A stretch of DNA of 64,000 nt from an uncultured Actinomycetes bacterium (GTDB lineage: Bacteria; Actinomycetota; CADDZG01; JAHWKV01): the NCBI GenBank assembly GCA_964501265.1, contig CAZCSK010000003.1:67480-131479 (forward strand). The letters are read 5' to 3'. Each line of letters starts with the position of its first letter. The first letter of the stretch is position 1. Positions 63,814 to 64,000 of this stretch are shown here, in pieces. The position numbers were made by a program, and so were the translations under genes. Under the pieces are notes generated by a model. It searched no databases. It saw nothing but the letters and a program-made list of their open reading frames with translations, and had not been told where the DNA came from.

Positions 63814-64000
63814 CTATGACTTGGACTTGCCGCCACCGCTCGGAGGCTTCACCTTGCTCACGAATCGCTCGATGGCCGCGTCGATGGTCTCGCCTCTTAG
63901 TATTGCATCAGGATTCAAAATAATCCTGTGCGAAAGGATGGGCACTAAGACCTGCCTAACATCGTCAGGATAGACATCTTCTCTTCCATCGCTCGCGGCA
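63814..64000 (-). CDS. MoxR-family AAA+ ATPase, C-terminal fragment (gene continues beyond window end)
   Basis: Translation of the minus strand gives ...REDVYPDDVRQVLVPILSHRIILNPDAILRGETIDAAIERFVSKVKPPSGGGKSKS*, matching the MoxR C-terminal lid region. Confidence 0.55.
   Translation of the reverse strand, partial: AASDGREDVYPDDVRQVLVPILSHRIILNPDAILRGETIDAAIERFVSKVKPPSGGGKSKS

Overview
High-GC (roughly 65-70%) bacterial chromosomal segment. Gene content (coproporphyrin-dependent heme genes cpfC/chdC, fused LivH-LivM permeases) suggests an actinobacterial-type genome. No rRNA, tRNA, CRISPR array, reverse transcriptase, transposase or integrase was recognised. Layout: (1) 65-11650, a minus-strand block of secreted phosphoesterases (two-PHP-domain protein, GDPD), an unknown 628-aa secreted protein, ribokinase, ADP-ribosylglycohydrolase and a metallophosphoesterase/PQQ-propeller protein. 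(2) 12687-28158, an amino-sugar locus: a Liv-type (HAAT) ABC transporter whose LivF ATPase is fused to an MFS-like 12-TM domain, a convergent operon (ROK kinase, Liv-type SBP, DegT aminotransferase, Gfo/Idh/MocA oxidoreductase, ceramidase-like hydrolase, alpha/beta hydrolase), divergent nagA-GH84, and a ROK regulator. (3) gatCAB. (4) A TetR-headed heme operon hemE-cpfC-hemA-hemC-hemD-hemB-hemL-chdC. (5) A vapBC cassette flanked by a duplicated chdC 3' end. (6) Two paralogous Calx-beta surface proteins. (7) An S9 peptidase and a DUF4097/DUF2089 pair. (8) Three tandem paralogous metzincin-like lipoproteins (two with substituted HExxH) followed by an M16 peptidase pair. (9) A 12-gene minus-strand supraoperon: MoxR(partial)-DUF58-TgpA-like, then lipoprotein, LivHM permease, an MFS-LivF-LivG triple fusion and four more unknown lipoproteins. 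Most candidate-novel items: the supraoperon in (9), the MFS-ABC fusions, the pseudo-protease lipoprotein triplet, in-frame repeat insertions in nagA and hemD, and AT-rich motifs shared between promoters.
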